Shown: positions 26,273 to 36,921 of the stretch, piece after piece
Layout: each line of letters starts with the position of its first letter
How positions within the stretch are numbered: position 1 is the first letter of the stretch
DNA from: Octopus bimaculoides
Taxonomy: Eukaryota
Length of the DNA: 64,000 bases
Direction of reading: 5' to 3'
Assembly (NCBI RefSeq): GCF_001194135.2
Contig: NC_068985.1
Location: 47,296,346 to 47,360,345 of the forward strand
Translations under genes and position numbers: made by a program
Notes under the pieces: generated by a model
Database searches by the model: none
The model's input: only the letters and a program-made list of their open reading frames with translations
What the model was told of the DNA's origin: nothing

Positions 26273-26468
26273 CATACATATATATGTATATATGCATATA
26301 TATATGCATACACATATATACATACATGCATATATATAAATATATATGTACATATATATATGTATATATGTGTATGTATCTATATATGCATATACATATA
26401 TATGTATGCATATATATATATATATGCATGTATGTATATATGCATATATATGTGTGTATATATACATA
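26089..26468. repeat. Degenerate (TA)/(TACA)/(TATG) microsatellite tract
   Basis: Direct inspection. Confidence 0.95.
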
Positions 26469-27009
26469 CCCTATTGACTTAAATATATGTGTTAAAGTGT
26501 TAGTTTTATCACATGCTATCTTTATTCAACCTCAAACACAATGATTCATACACAACCATGTATTTTAATAGCTACAATAAAAGAGAATATATTCTGTATT
26601 TTTGTAATGAAAATAGTCTTTACAACCGATGTGATAGTCTCTGTTATTAGAATCATTATCCCGATGACCATCATTCTTGGACATTGAAAGCATCATAGAC
26701 ATGATAATATAACAAATATATTACGACATATTCTGTAATTCTTTTAGTGTTTTCAGATATTGGACTGCTGTCATGGTAATACAAACAACTTCGAAGTTAT
26801 AAACACAGAAATATACAAAGGATTATATCGATTCTAGCATTTATTTCTGCCTGGTATACATTTAGCTAACTCAATTTGCCGAAGTGCTAGTTTACGAGAT
26901 ATAACGAAAAAAAAAAAAAATCAGTTAAATTAACCTGCTTAATCATAAACTCGCATGTGTAAACACAAGTACTATGTACATATGTTTAGTATATCCTATC
27001 TCTTATCGT

Positions 27010-27480
27010 GGGTTACAAATCATTACAAAATCCACTTTTCTTCATTTGTGATGATTTTGCTGAAGAAAATTTTATTTCCATGTCTCCTCTTTAATAACAA
27101 GCAGAAGGAAGACCTTTGATAATACTGAGAAGCAGACACAAGAGAAGGGCCCATTGGACAAGTTTGGACACTTTTCCTACCTCGTGAAGGTGTTATATAA
27201 TCGAAGTGTTACTTTAACTGAACCTCATTGCAAATTCTCGGGCTATTTGCTTTGGGTATTCTTCAACTAGAAATTTTCGAACTCAATATTCACAATATTT
27301 AGTTGTCCAGATTGGAAGAATCTGCGAAAGAAAAAATTATCGTGTGAAACTGACCAAACGATCATTGGAATTTCCGAACACTTAAGGTTTCATTTTCACA
27401 GACAGAAGGAATGTTTCTTCCTGATTCTATTGCTAAAGACCCCTTTCGAATGCATAAAGCATCTCTTATCTGAAACCATT
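27010..27480 (-). mobile_element. Mariner transposase remnant (N-terminal HTH region up to the first catalytic D region)
   Basis: Broken frames read MLYAFERG…, GKVSKLVQWALL (degenerate GK..KL..WVPHEL) and KIFFSKIITNEEKWIL (degenerate FL..IITGDEKWILY). Confidence 0.65.
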
Positions 27481-27649
27481 ATAAGGAGGTAAAACCAATA
27501 AAAATTTAACCATTATTTTATAAAGTAATCTGCAAAGAAAGTGGGTAAATACGTAATAAATCAATGCTTATTTTACCGTTAGTGCTAAGTAAAAACACTC
27601 TATTCCAACATAATTATACAGACACACAGATAGATTGACAGACAAACCG

Positions 27650-27661
27650 ATAGATAGAAAA

Positions 27662-27730
<69 letters not shown>
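27650..27730. repeat. (GATA)n microsatellite
   Basis: Direct inspection. Confidence 0.95.
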
Positions 27731-27734
<4 letters not shown>

Positions 27735-30031
27735 TGTTGCTGTAAAATATAGCGTGAATGGGTAATTATACATTTGTACTAAAGTAAGCTTAATCTTTTT
27801 TAACCGACGCTGTGACACTTTTAGAATTATAAAGAAATGTCCATATATTTATAATAATCTAGATTCGAAACCAGATCAAGCAAGTTATCCCCCATTATTT
27901 TCTGTCTGCAGGAAGAGATACTAGTATTCGTTGTTATCAACATTTGTCTAAGTCTTAAAGAGTTGCCTAAAATTACTTATCTCAACACACACACGCGTGT
28001 ACATGCACGCACGTACACACACGCGTGTGCGCATACACACACACATACAAACACACACAGACACACACGTATTGATTTTAATGAGCAAGAGAAAGTATAT
28101 TGAGTCCTTTTCTCCCTCTCCTCAACGCCAGTAATTACGTTCAGTTAATGTACTAGCAAATTGCTTAAGAGTTTTCCCGACATGAAGTCAGTCTCTCAAA
28201 GAAGTAAAATCTAGATGTATAGGTTGATCTCGTGCTTAGAAAATACACCGAGAAAAAAAAGAAAAGAACATATCCATTTGATGATGTGCTCTTGGGCGGT
28301 GAGAAGATGAAAGCCATTTCCTATATGCCAGACGTGTATAGCATCGCATTGTCTTGAAATATAAAAATATATCTCAAATTATGTATTTTATGCATTTTAA
28401 TAAATATATAGACTACTTATTAGGGGAGCTGCAGCCATCACCAACAATGCATATAAAAGATAGCCGCTTTTCTCCTAAAGATTCAACAGTACAACAAGAA
28501 CACTGCGCAGCGTTATCCAGTAGCAATCATACTAATATGAAGCTACAAAATGAAAGGGTATTATATGCAGTTCTATGTTACTTCAAATTTGTCATAAATG
28601 CTTTCACATCATGAAGTGCTCACCGCATTGATGCTAGAAACAATCACAACGAACATCAACAGAAACTGAACAACGAACGACCAATAAAATAAAGACAAAA
28701 TTAAATATTCGGCTACGTTTTCAAAACGTTTTCAAAATTAATATGTAGAATCACAATAATATTGGACAATATTTTACCGAACATAGATATTGTGGATAAA
28801 TGTTATAATTATTTATCAATGCTGTGAGAGAAATGGTTGCAGTGATATTAATAAGAGTGGTGGTAATATTATTAATTGTGGTAGTGATGTAAATGTTACA
28901 GAATTATCTAAGCAATGTTACTATTGTAGATACTAATATAACCGTGCATTTTACTGGTCTACCGTGTTATAAAAGTATCGCATGAAAGATTTCATTCGTT
29001 GCTGCTATAATATTTACATATACTAAGGAGACAAAGCAGTACATTAACGATGCCTATAATACCAACAGCTTACAAACTTCTCTAGAGGAGGTCAACTCAA
29101 CTTACATGCCTATCAGACAATATTTTAGAAACTCAACTTTTTAATAGATTACTAAACGGGAAAAGCTATGTCGAAATTAGATACCCATGTCAAATCATAA
29201 AACTACTCAGCGATATAAGTCATTTAAATGATTCGTTACACTCAACAAAAAAAAAAAAATTAAATTATTGTCAATATAGAACGGGGATCTAGTTTTTTCA
29301 TTCGCCAAAATGCATTTTTTAAAGGGAAGTAAAAGATATGAAGATCTGCTATAAAAATGTAGCCTTCTAGTCTCATTGTTTGAAGGTATGATGCCGTGGA
29401 GAAAATATTGATGAAAAAAGTTACAGAGGTTTAAAAATCGAAAAAAAAAAAAAAAATGGGTATTTTTAGCCAATAGCGATGCAGAAATTTTCTGAGTTTA
29501 GCGGAGTGGTGTCAACTTTAAGGTTGTACCCAGTAAAATTTATAGTCCAGCATCTGAAATGTTCCTTGTAGGTTTCTAAATAAACAGAAATACCAAATTT
29601 CATTGTAGGTTTCGAAATAAATAGAAATACCTAATAAAATCAACATGTATCATCTTAATGTTTCTTTTGTCTTTTCATTGATTGCATATTTTTATAATTT
29701 TTAAAAAAATTGTTATATTAACATATTTGTCTGCATGTGTTTAATTTATGCGTATTTTAGTATTATGTGTACATCATTAATATATGAGTGCGTGTGTGTG
29801 AAAAGAGGGCGTCTGACTTCAAAACTCCAAAGTTGAGTAACGTTTTCAGGCTTGGATTTGTAAACTACGATATGAATAACACTGGTCAACAAAGAATTTG
29901 TTCCAAGGAAGAGAATACCTGTATCTCATAGTTTTGCATGAAAAATTCAAAAATAATGTCAAATTATCTGTATCACTCACATTTTCTCTATTTAGTTATG
30001 TGTGTGTGTGTACACACACATACATTCATAC

Positions 30032-30565
30032 AAATGAAAAATGCATTAAATAGTAAAACACGTAAGACAGACAGAAGGACGCTAATTCTTCATCAGCTAT
30101 CGAACGAAATACTAATACACAGTTTCATGTCTGGGATGATAAGACTGAGAACTTCGTATATATCGGCTGCACCCGCAAAATTTGTGTAGAATTGGGGCTT
30201 GAGTAAACAAAGCTATACGCGGGAAACGTACGAAAGTAAACAAATGTAATCTGTAACGATCGACGAACACGGAATAAATACAGCCTTTCGGCCAAACACG
30301 CGTGTGATACGTAACGCCTAGAAGAAATCCTGAATGAGTATAGAAAGAGAAATAGCAAGAGAGGAGATAAATGTGGACCGGCAAGCTAAGCGTGCAGTTC
30401 CCTAATTCTCCGCGAATTTTGCGGGTGCCGCCGATATGTGAAGTCTTATCGTTAAAGGCACGAAACTGTTTATTGGTATCGTCGGTGGATAACTGATGAA
30501 GAATTAGGGTCTTTCTCTGTCTGTCCTATGTGTACGTTTCTTAGCATTTAATGCATTTTTCATTT
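30032..30565. mobile_element. MITE-like element with about 165-bp imperfect terminal inverted repeats
   Basis: 30032-30197 is the inverted complement of 30400-30565: AAATGAAAAATGCATTAAAT / ATTTAATGCATTTTTCATTT, CTAATTCTTCATCAG / CTGATGAAGAATTAG, CACCCGCAAAATT / AATTTTGCGGGTG. Non-coding interior; TSD unclear. Confidence 0.75.
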
Positions 30566-30622
30566 ATTGAGTAACCGGACGCCATGCGTCCCGACTTTTG
30601 TTAACAATAAGTTTTTATATAT

Positions 30623-30680
<58 letters not shown>

Positions 30681-30949
30681 GGTGGTTGTCTACTCCTTAT
30701 GCAGAGTCTGACCACCTCATGTACTTACACCATGGCGTCTGATGTGACATTTTAGACCCGACAATGTATTGGAAAGACACCCACATAGATTGCGTATCGG
30801 ATTTGGACCACTAAGAGCTGCGGTTAAGTTCTGATCTTTGTGGATCTTAAAATGTCTTTTGAGGCCTCCGTTAGATTTGCAGACCTTATGGCATACATGG
30901 CATTGAAAGGTGTGAACAAATATATAGGGAGAGTAGTTGGTGGAGGTTC

Positions 30950-31690
30950 GTTATATACAATTAAAGTCAAGCTTCAAAACAACTTACAAAAGTTGGTTAG
31001 AACAATAAGCGACAACAATCTGAAAATTAATAATGAAGAATTAATAGTATTTTGGAACTCCTTCTTCAAAACTAAGGTAAGCATAACAATCGTAATATTT
31101 GTTTAGTTGTCAATGTGGTTACTTAGGTCCTTGAATCATTACAAATCCTAATTAGAAGATTGCATAGACAGTTGAGGGAGCATTTAAAACATTCATAATG
31201 GTCGTTATGATTGACTGCCCTATCAGGCTACGTGGTTTTTCAGGACTTTGTTAAACAACCCAGACGAGGAGATTAGATGGGTGTTTATCAGCAGGATAAC
31301 ACTGCTCCGTAAGAAAAGGCCTGTAGATGACACATGTAGCTACAGTCCTGCCACCTATCTACTGACGGTTTATAAACTTCTCTGTAAAATATTATTTAAC
31401 AAGAAAACTGAATATCAAAAAAAATGTCATTCCACTAGAGAATCGTGCTTAAGTCTTACAAGACAATTGGCTATGTTGTTAATGATATAGTAATGTGTCA
31501 TGCAAAAGTAGACAGAACCCAGAAACTTAAGACGGGCTCAGAATAATTTGCAAGAAACCTGTTGATTCACTTCTCTATGAGTAGATTTTGAACTTGGCAG
31601 AAGTACATGGATTTCATAACATCCTGAAAAACTTCATTACCACAGTGATTACTTTTTGTAGAAAGCTATTATGGTAGCTAACATTACGAT
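30950..31690 (+). mobile_element. Degraded R4/Dong-type LINE, pre-RT and RT N-terminal part
   Basis: INNEELIVFW, then WVFISRITLLRKKRPVDDTCSYSPATYLLTVYKLLCKIL (degenerate W...GRT.LIPK.....NYRPITCL...YKLLT.I), then FCRKLLW*LTLRWI (degenerate DYRKAYDSVPH.WI). Confidence 0.65.
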
Positions 31691-31710
31691 GGATTTAATC
31701 TTCAATCACA

Positions 31711-31870
31711 CAAGAAGAAGAAGAAGAAGAAGAAGAAGAAGAAGAAGAAGAAGAAGAAGAAGAAGAAGAAGAAGAAGGAGGAGGGGGAGGAGGAGAAGTG
31801 GAGAAAAAGAAGAAGGAGAAAAAAAAAATAATAAGAAGAAGAACAAAAACAAGAACAAGAAGAACAAGAG
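31711..31870. repeat. (AGA)n and degenerate purine triplet tract
   Basis: Direct inspection. Confidence 0.95.
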
Positions 31871-32038
31871 ACCTTATTTACCATACCCTCTTGGCATTAT
31901 ATGGCATTATATTTTAAATTGGAATTGTCCCTTAAAGTTCATATTGATATTGTCAAATAATTTTACAATAACGTTAAGATATACATTATTTACATAATTT
32001 ACATTCGACGGATATTTGTCCTCATCTTGTTTGTTGTC

Positions 32039-32084
32039 AACACAACGTTTCGGCTGATATACCCTCCAGCCTTCGTCAGGTGTC
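32039..32084 (-). ncRNA. Minimal type I hammerhead ribozyme motif (left arm)
   Basis: Minus strand: GACAC CTGACGA A GGCTG gagggtatat CAGCC GAAA CGT T GTGTT. Perfect 5-bp stem II, stem I GACAC/GTGTT, palindromic ACGT helix III, GUU triplet. Confidence 0.75.
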
Positions 32085-32436
32085 TTGGGGAAATTTCGAA
32101 CGTGGGTTCTCATTACTAAGGTATTTTCGATGTTGATGTTGTTGTTGTTATTATTATTATTGTTATTGTTCAGGTCACTGCTTGGAATCGAACTCGTAAT
32201 CTTGGGGTTAGTAGCCCACGCTCTTAACCCCAAGATTCCGAGTTCGATTCCAAGCAGTGACCTGAACAATAATAACAACAACGACAACAATGACAACAAC
32301 AACAACAACAACAACAACAACATCATCAACAACAACATAAACAACAATAACAACAACAACAACAATAATAATAATAACAATAATAACATCGAAAAATACG
32401 TTAGGAATGAGAACCCAGGTTCGAAATTTCTCCCAA

Positions 32437-32482
32437 GACACCTGAAGAAGGCTGGAGGGTATAACAGTCGAAACGTTGTGTT
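32437..32482 (+). ncRNA. Minimal type I hammerhead ribozyme motif (right arm)
   Basis: GACAC CTGAAGA A GGCTG gagggtataa CAGTC GAAA CGT T GTGTT. Stem II has one G-U pair; predicted cleavage after 32477. Confidence 0.72.
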
Positions 32483-32949
32483 AACAACAAACACGACGAG
32501 GAGGACAAATATCCGTCAAATGTAAATAATGTAAATAAAGTAAATAAAGTACGTAGTTCCTCATCTCTTAAATATAGAACTGAACCTTAAGATATCTTTT
32601 GGATGGGAAAATTACGGAAATGTGAGACTAAAATGTGACAGAACGGTAAGTGAACTAGATAGTTTGGTTTAACCTGGCTCACTCAGGGCGGGTGAGGTAG
32701 AGAAGTTGGACACAAATACTGAACTTATACGAGAGTAAAACTCCTTGTTTGGAAACCGCTGCTAGTAATCAAAATAAAATACTCTGATAGTGACAAATTT
32801 GAACAAACATCAACTAGCAAGAATTCTATTCGTACGACCAGCATACTTACAGCACCGGTTACACCTGACCTAGATTCCATAAACCGTAATACAGAAAAAT
32901 GTACCTGTACGCAGCACAAATAATAGGTGCATATTGATCGTCAAGGAAT

Positions 32950-33200
32950 TATTTAAGAAGTCAGTTACAAATATTGCCCACACCTATCTCAGTCAGAAGA
33001 AAGACTTCTTGATGCATTGCTGATTAAGATCGAGAAATAGGTAACAAATCGATTATCCTCATGGCAACAACATTCTCGAAAGAAATCGGATTATATTTTG
33101 AACAACTAAAGTCTAAACCTAAATCGGCAGTAAAATTCCAACAAAACTGAAACGTAAATAGACTCCATAATAGCAATAAAGAATAATGTTTTTCCCTAAT
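32950..33200 (+). mobile_element. Possible R4-type RT remnant (domain 5-6 region)
   Basis: IILMATTFSKEIGLYFEQLKS resembles ...V..FS.DIGM.FG..KC. Confidence 0.35.
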
Positions 33201-33632
33201 TTTCTTGTGCAACCTCGATGCCTACGTACATATAAAATAACTGCCAGTTTTCTGTACGAACAAATCTAGGATTGAATTGATGTAACATGTAGCATCATTC
33301 ACTTTGCAAGAATAGGTGTCCACTTCTAGATGTTTAGACGGTAATATGCACATTTCCTGCAATACACATGGCAAATGCTGCCTGCATAATGAATTGCTGA
33401 AAGATAATTCATTACATTATATTGGGATGTTCTACAACTCCAAAAAAAAATAAACGTGGAGGAAAATAACGTAGCGAAGTTTTTTAAATACGATTTACAA
33501 CCGATTTAAATGTCTTTGAGAAAGCACTCGGCGATATTCATATGAACTGTAACCAGTCTCTGGCAAATTATAGCGCATAGAATTCTTCATGTCAGTTTTC
33601 CCGAAAACAATATCAATGTAGTATAAATTGAT

Positions 33633-34010
33633 AGAATGGCTGTGCGGATAAAAGATCGCTGTACCATCAAGTGGTTTCGGGTTCAGTTTTACTGCGCTGC
33701 AGCTTGGGAAGGTGTCTTCTACTATTGCCCCAGTACTTACTAATGACTAATTGAATTTAGTAGATAGTAATTAGGAGATAAAATTTAGCAGATAACTATG
33801 TGTGTGCGCGCGCGCGTGACAATGCATGTGTGCGTGCGTCTATGACTGCGTGTGTTCGTTTCTATGTTTGCGTTTCACCCACAACGCCGCTTCACTACCG
33901 GTTTTGAATTGTTTAAGTTCACGTTCGTCTAAAAAGAAAACAAAAATTCAACAAAAATTTCAAGGTAGTGCATTAGCATGGCCGCAGTCCAATGACTGAA
34001 CGAGATAAAA
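33633..34010 (+). mobile_element. SINE group C, degraded full length
   Basis: GAATGGCTGTGCGG…CGGGTTCAGT…CTTGGGAAGGTGTCTTCTACTAT head/core; GCATGGCCGCAGTCCAATGACTGAA tail. Confidence 0.75.
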
Positions 34011-34154
34011 CTTATAACAATATCAAATTGTTGCTATATGTTGCAAGTGGTACAAAAGAAACGAACTACTACCTAACAGATGAGTATAATAACAATATTA
34101 TGAGAGTTAAAGAATGTGGTTATTATAACATTTGCCAGAACTGAAGTGATTACA

Positions 34155-34212
<58 letters not shown>

Positions 34213-34233
34213 NNNNNNNNNNNNNNNNNNNNN

Positions 34234-34272
<39 letters not shown>

Positions 34273-34277
<5 letters not shown>

Positions 34278-34600
34278 GTACCCTGCCCAATTCAGAATCA
34301 CAACGTATAGGTACACTACGGCATAATTTCTTTTCCTCAACAGGCCCTGCCCTGTTTAACATTGTCCCGAAACAGATAAAAGAGGAAACAGATCCTATCA
34401 GCTTTAAGCGGAGTCTAGACAGGTTTCTTCAAAGAGTACCAGAAAAGCCACCCATACCTGGATACAACTCACTCAATAAGAACTCACTACTTGTATGCAC
34501 CATAGACAAAACTTGACTGTAAAAAGGATTTAGATAATCGTATTAGGTGGTGCTATTAAGTTAGACATGGCCTGGACCAATCTTTGGTCAAAACATATCT
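34273..34600 (+). mobile_element. CR1-group LINE 3' end
   Basis: LRHNFFSSTGPALFNIVPKQIKEETDPISFKRSLDRFLQRVPEKPPIPGYNSLNKNSL; 3' UTR GGTGGTGCTATTAAGTTAG. Confidence 0.85.
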
Positions 34601-34664
34601 ANNNNNNNNNNNNNNNNNNNNNNNNNNNNNNNNNNNNNNNNNNNNNNNNNNNNNNNNNNNNNNN

Positions 34665-34711
<47 letters not shown>

Positions 34712-34739
34712 TTTATAAAGGACTAACTTTATAAAAGCC

Positions 34740-35344
34740 AAGGTACACAAAAATTAGGTAGAGTCCCGATGTTGGTTATGTAAATCAAAGGAAGAAAGTG
34801 TTATTCATATAGACAGTGAATGTAATATGCTGGCACAAGAAAATCATGACAACCGGGGGAAAATACTCCACTGGATGTAATACAGAAATATCGTATTTGA
34901 ACAGACGGATAGAGGAAATACTCATAAAATCCAGTAAATGGGATTATTAGGGACTGCTGAGATACTGAGAAACTTCTTGGCATCTAAGGTCACAAGTAGC
35001 CCGATATTAGGAATTTCTTCCCAACAGTCTAATCTGTTGTTCGCCTGGTGGACAAGGGGAACAACATGTGCTATATAATTGATGTTGCATGCTTATTTGT
35101 CCCATGAATAGTCAAGAGGGAAGGCGAAAAACTAGACCTATACAACCCACTTAAGTACGAAATAGCCCGTCTATGGAAAATAAAGGTGAAGATAGTGCCA
35201 GTTCTTGTTGAGTCAGCGGGACAGTATCAGAAGACACGAAGAGGAATATACATGAAATCGGTATAAAGCGCCCAGTAGAGCTGTTACACATAACTTGCTT
35301 CTTATGGCACGACCAGCATAATCAGGAGAGTATTAGAGAGTTGA
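34740..35344 (+). mobile_element. Degraded R4/Dong-type LINE, CCHC knuckle plus RLE domain
   Basis: RCWLCKSKEESVIHIDSECNMLAQ (CCHC), K*PDI, IIDVAC, YNPLKYEIARLWKIKVKIVPVLV, GTTSIIRRVLES*. Confidence 0.8.
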
Positions 35345-36159
35345 AAAGAACAGATAAGATATCGTATGCTCCGGGTACCAAGCCCGCTGCACATGAAATA
35401 CCCTGAATTAGAAAGAGCAAGGCAACAAACACAAAAATTTTAGTAAGTACAGCAACAACAATGATAAATTGATTAATGAAGGAAAACTAGAGCTAGCTTT
35501 AGTAGAAAATTACAATAAGAACAATGCATAGCATTGTTCATCTTATTGCTGCTATTACTACCATATTTTTGGCATTGTTATTATAAACATAGTTATAATT
35601 ACAGTGTTGCAGACTTTGAGCGAAAATTGCGTGCGGCAGGTGCAAGAATTCGAGTTTCTGATGTCCACAATGCTCCCAAGATACTTGAGCAGAAAAATAC
35701 ATGAAATTGAAGATATTTGTGAGTTGAGATATAACAATTATCTTCTCTCTACGACTTGTCCACCGCACATAATATTTTCTCCAATGCAGACAATAAAAAT
35801 ATGTACATTATTATTTTCTTTATGTTTGATGAAATGAAATTCTAAATTACACATGGCGCTTTCCACTCCTTAACTCTTTGTACTTGCTTAATTTTCTATC
35901 TTTCTGCAGGTATGATTATCAAATATTCTATATAGCTGTTTTAACAGAAATATATTCACGCACATATTCATTATATATGTCTGTGTTTCTGTGTGCAAGT
36001 CTATCTGTTTGTGCGTGGGTGCATGTGTGTAAATGTGTGGTGCGTATGTCTGTGTGCACTTCACGATACAAGTATCAGCGGAGGCTATAAACGGTCGTTC
36101 GTCTTGCTAGAAACAGAGAATCATATCACTCTCTATCATATTAAAAGCAAATCACACAT

Positions 36160-36535
<376 letters not shown>

Positions 36536-36539
36536 AGGT

Positions 36540-36797
36540 TCGTCAATTTCTTGCTGAACAAGCACAGAAATGATTTGTTTATGGAGGTCAAATGCTTGTG
36601 TAGATATAAGCTCAATCCATCTATCAAATCGACATTACCTGTACAGGTGCACCATGTGCCACGTGTCGATGATCGCAGATCAACGTGAGATGAAGAGAGT
36701 TGCTCAAGAACACAATGCAACGCCTGTCTTGGCAATCGAACCCGCGACCTCACAATCGTGAGTGCAGCACTCTAAACACTAAGCCATGCGGCTTCAC
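36540..36797 (-). mobile_element. SINE group B (same tail type as 18935-19199)
   Basis: Reverse complement reads GCATGGCTTAGTGTTTAGAGTGCTGCACTCACGATTGTGAGGTCGCGGGTTCGATTGCC…CACCTGTACAGGTAATGTCG. Confidence 0.85.
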
Positions 36798-36880
36798 TAT
36801 ACATACATACATACATGTACATACACACACTCACACACATATATATATATACTTATATCTCTATATATACATACATATAT

Positions 36881-36921
<41 letters not shown>

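Larger units (their letters stand above)
31975..32583. mobile_element. Fold-back pair of a tRNA-headed, hammerhead-bearing short element (Penelope-associated SINE or retrozyme-like)
   Basis: Left arm (about 31985-32210) is the inverted complement of the right arm (32225 to about 32545), around a 14-nt loop. Each arm carries B-box GAGTTCGATTCC, an AAC/AAT microsatellite, a hammerhead core and a TGTAAATAA tandem tail. Confidence 0.85.

Noticed and set aside
29319-29522. TTAAAG…CTTTAA ends suggesting a Kolobok-type MITE
   Set aside because: Only 6 AT-rich bases of inverted identity; insufficient support.
30460-30510. GAAAC…CTGATGAAG inside the MITE TIR looked like a type II hammerhead
   Set aside because: Stem II strands are not complementary, helix III is mostly G-U, and three extra bases separate stem I from CUGAUGA.
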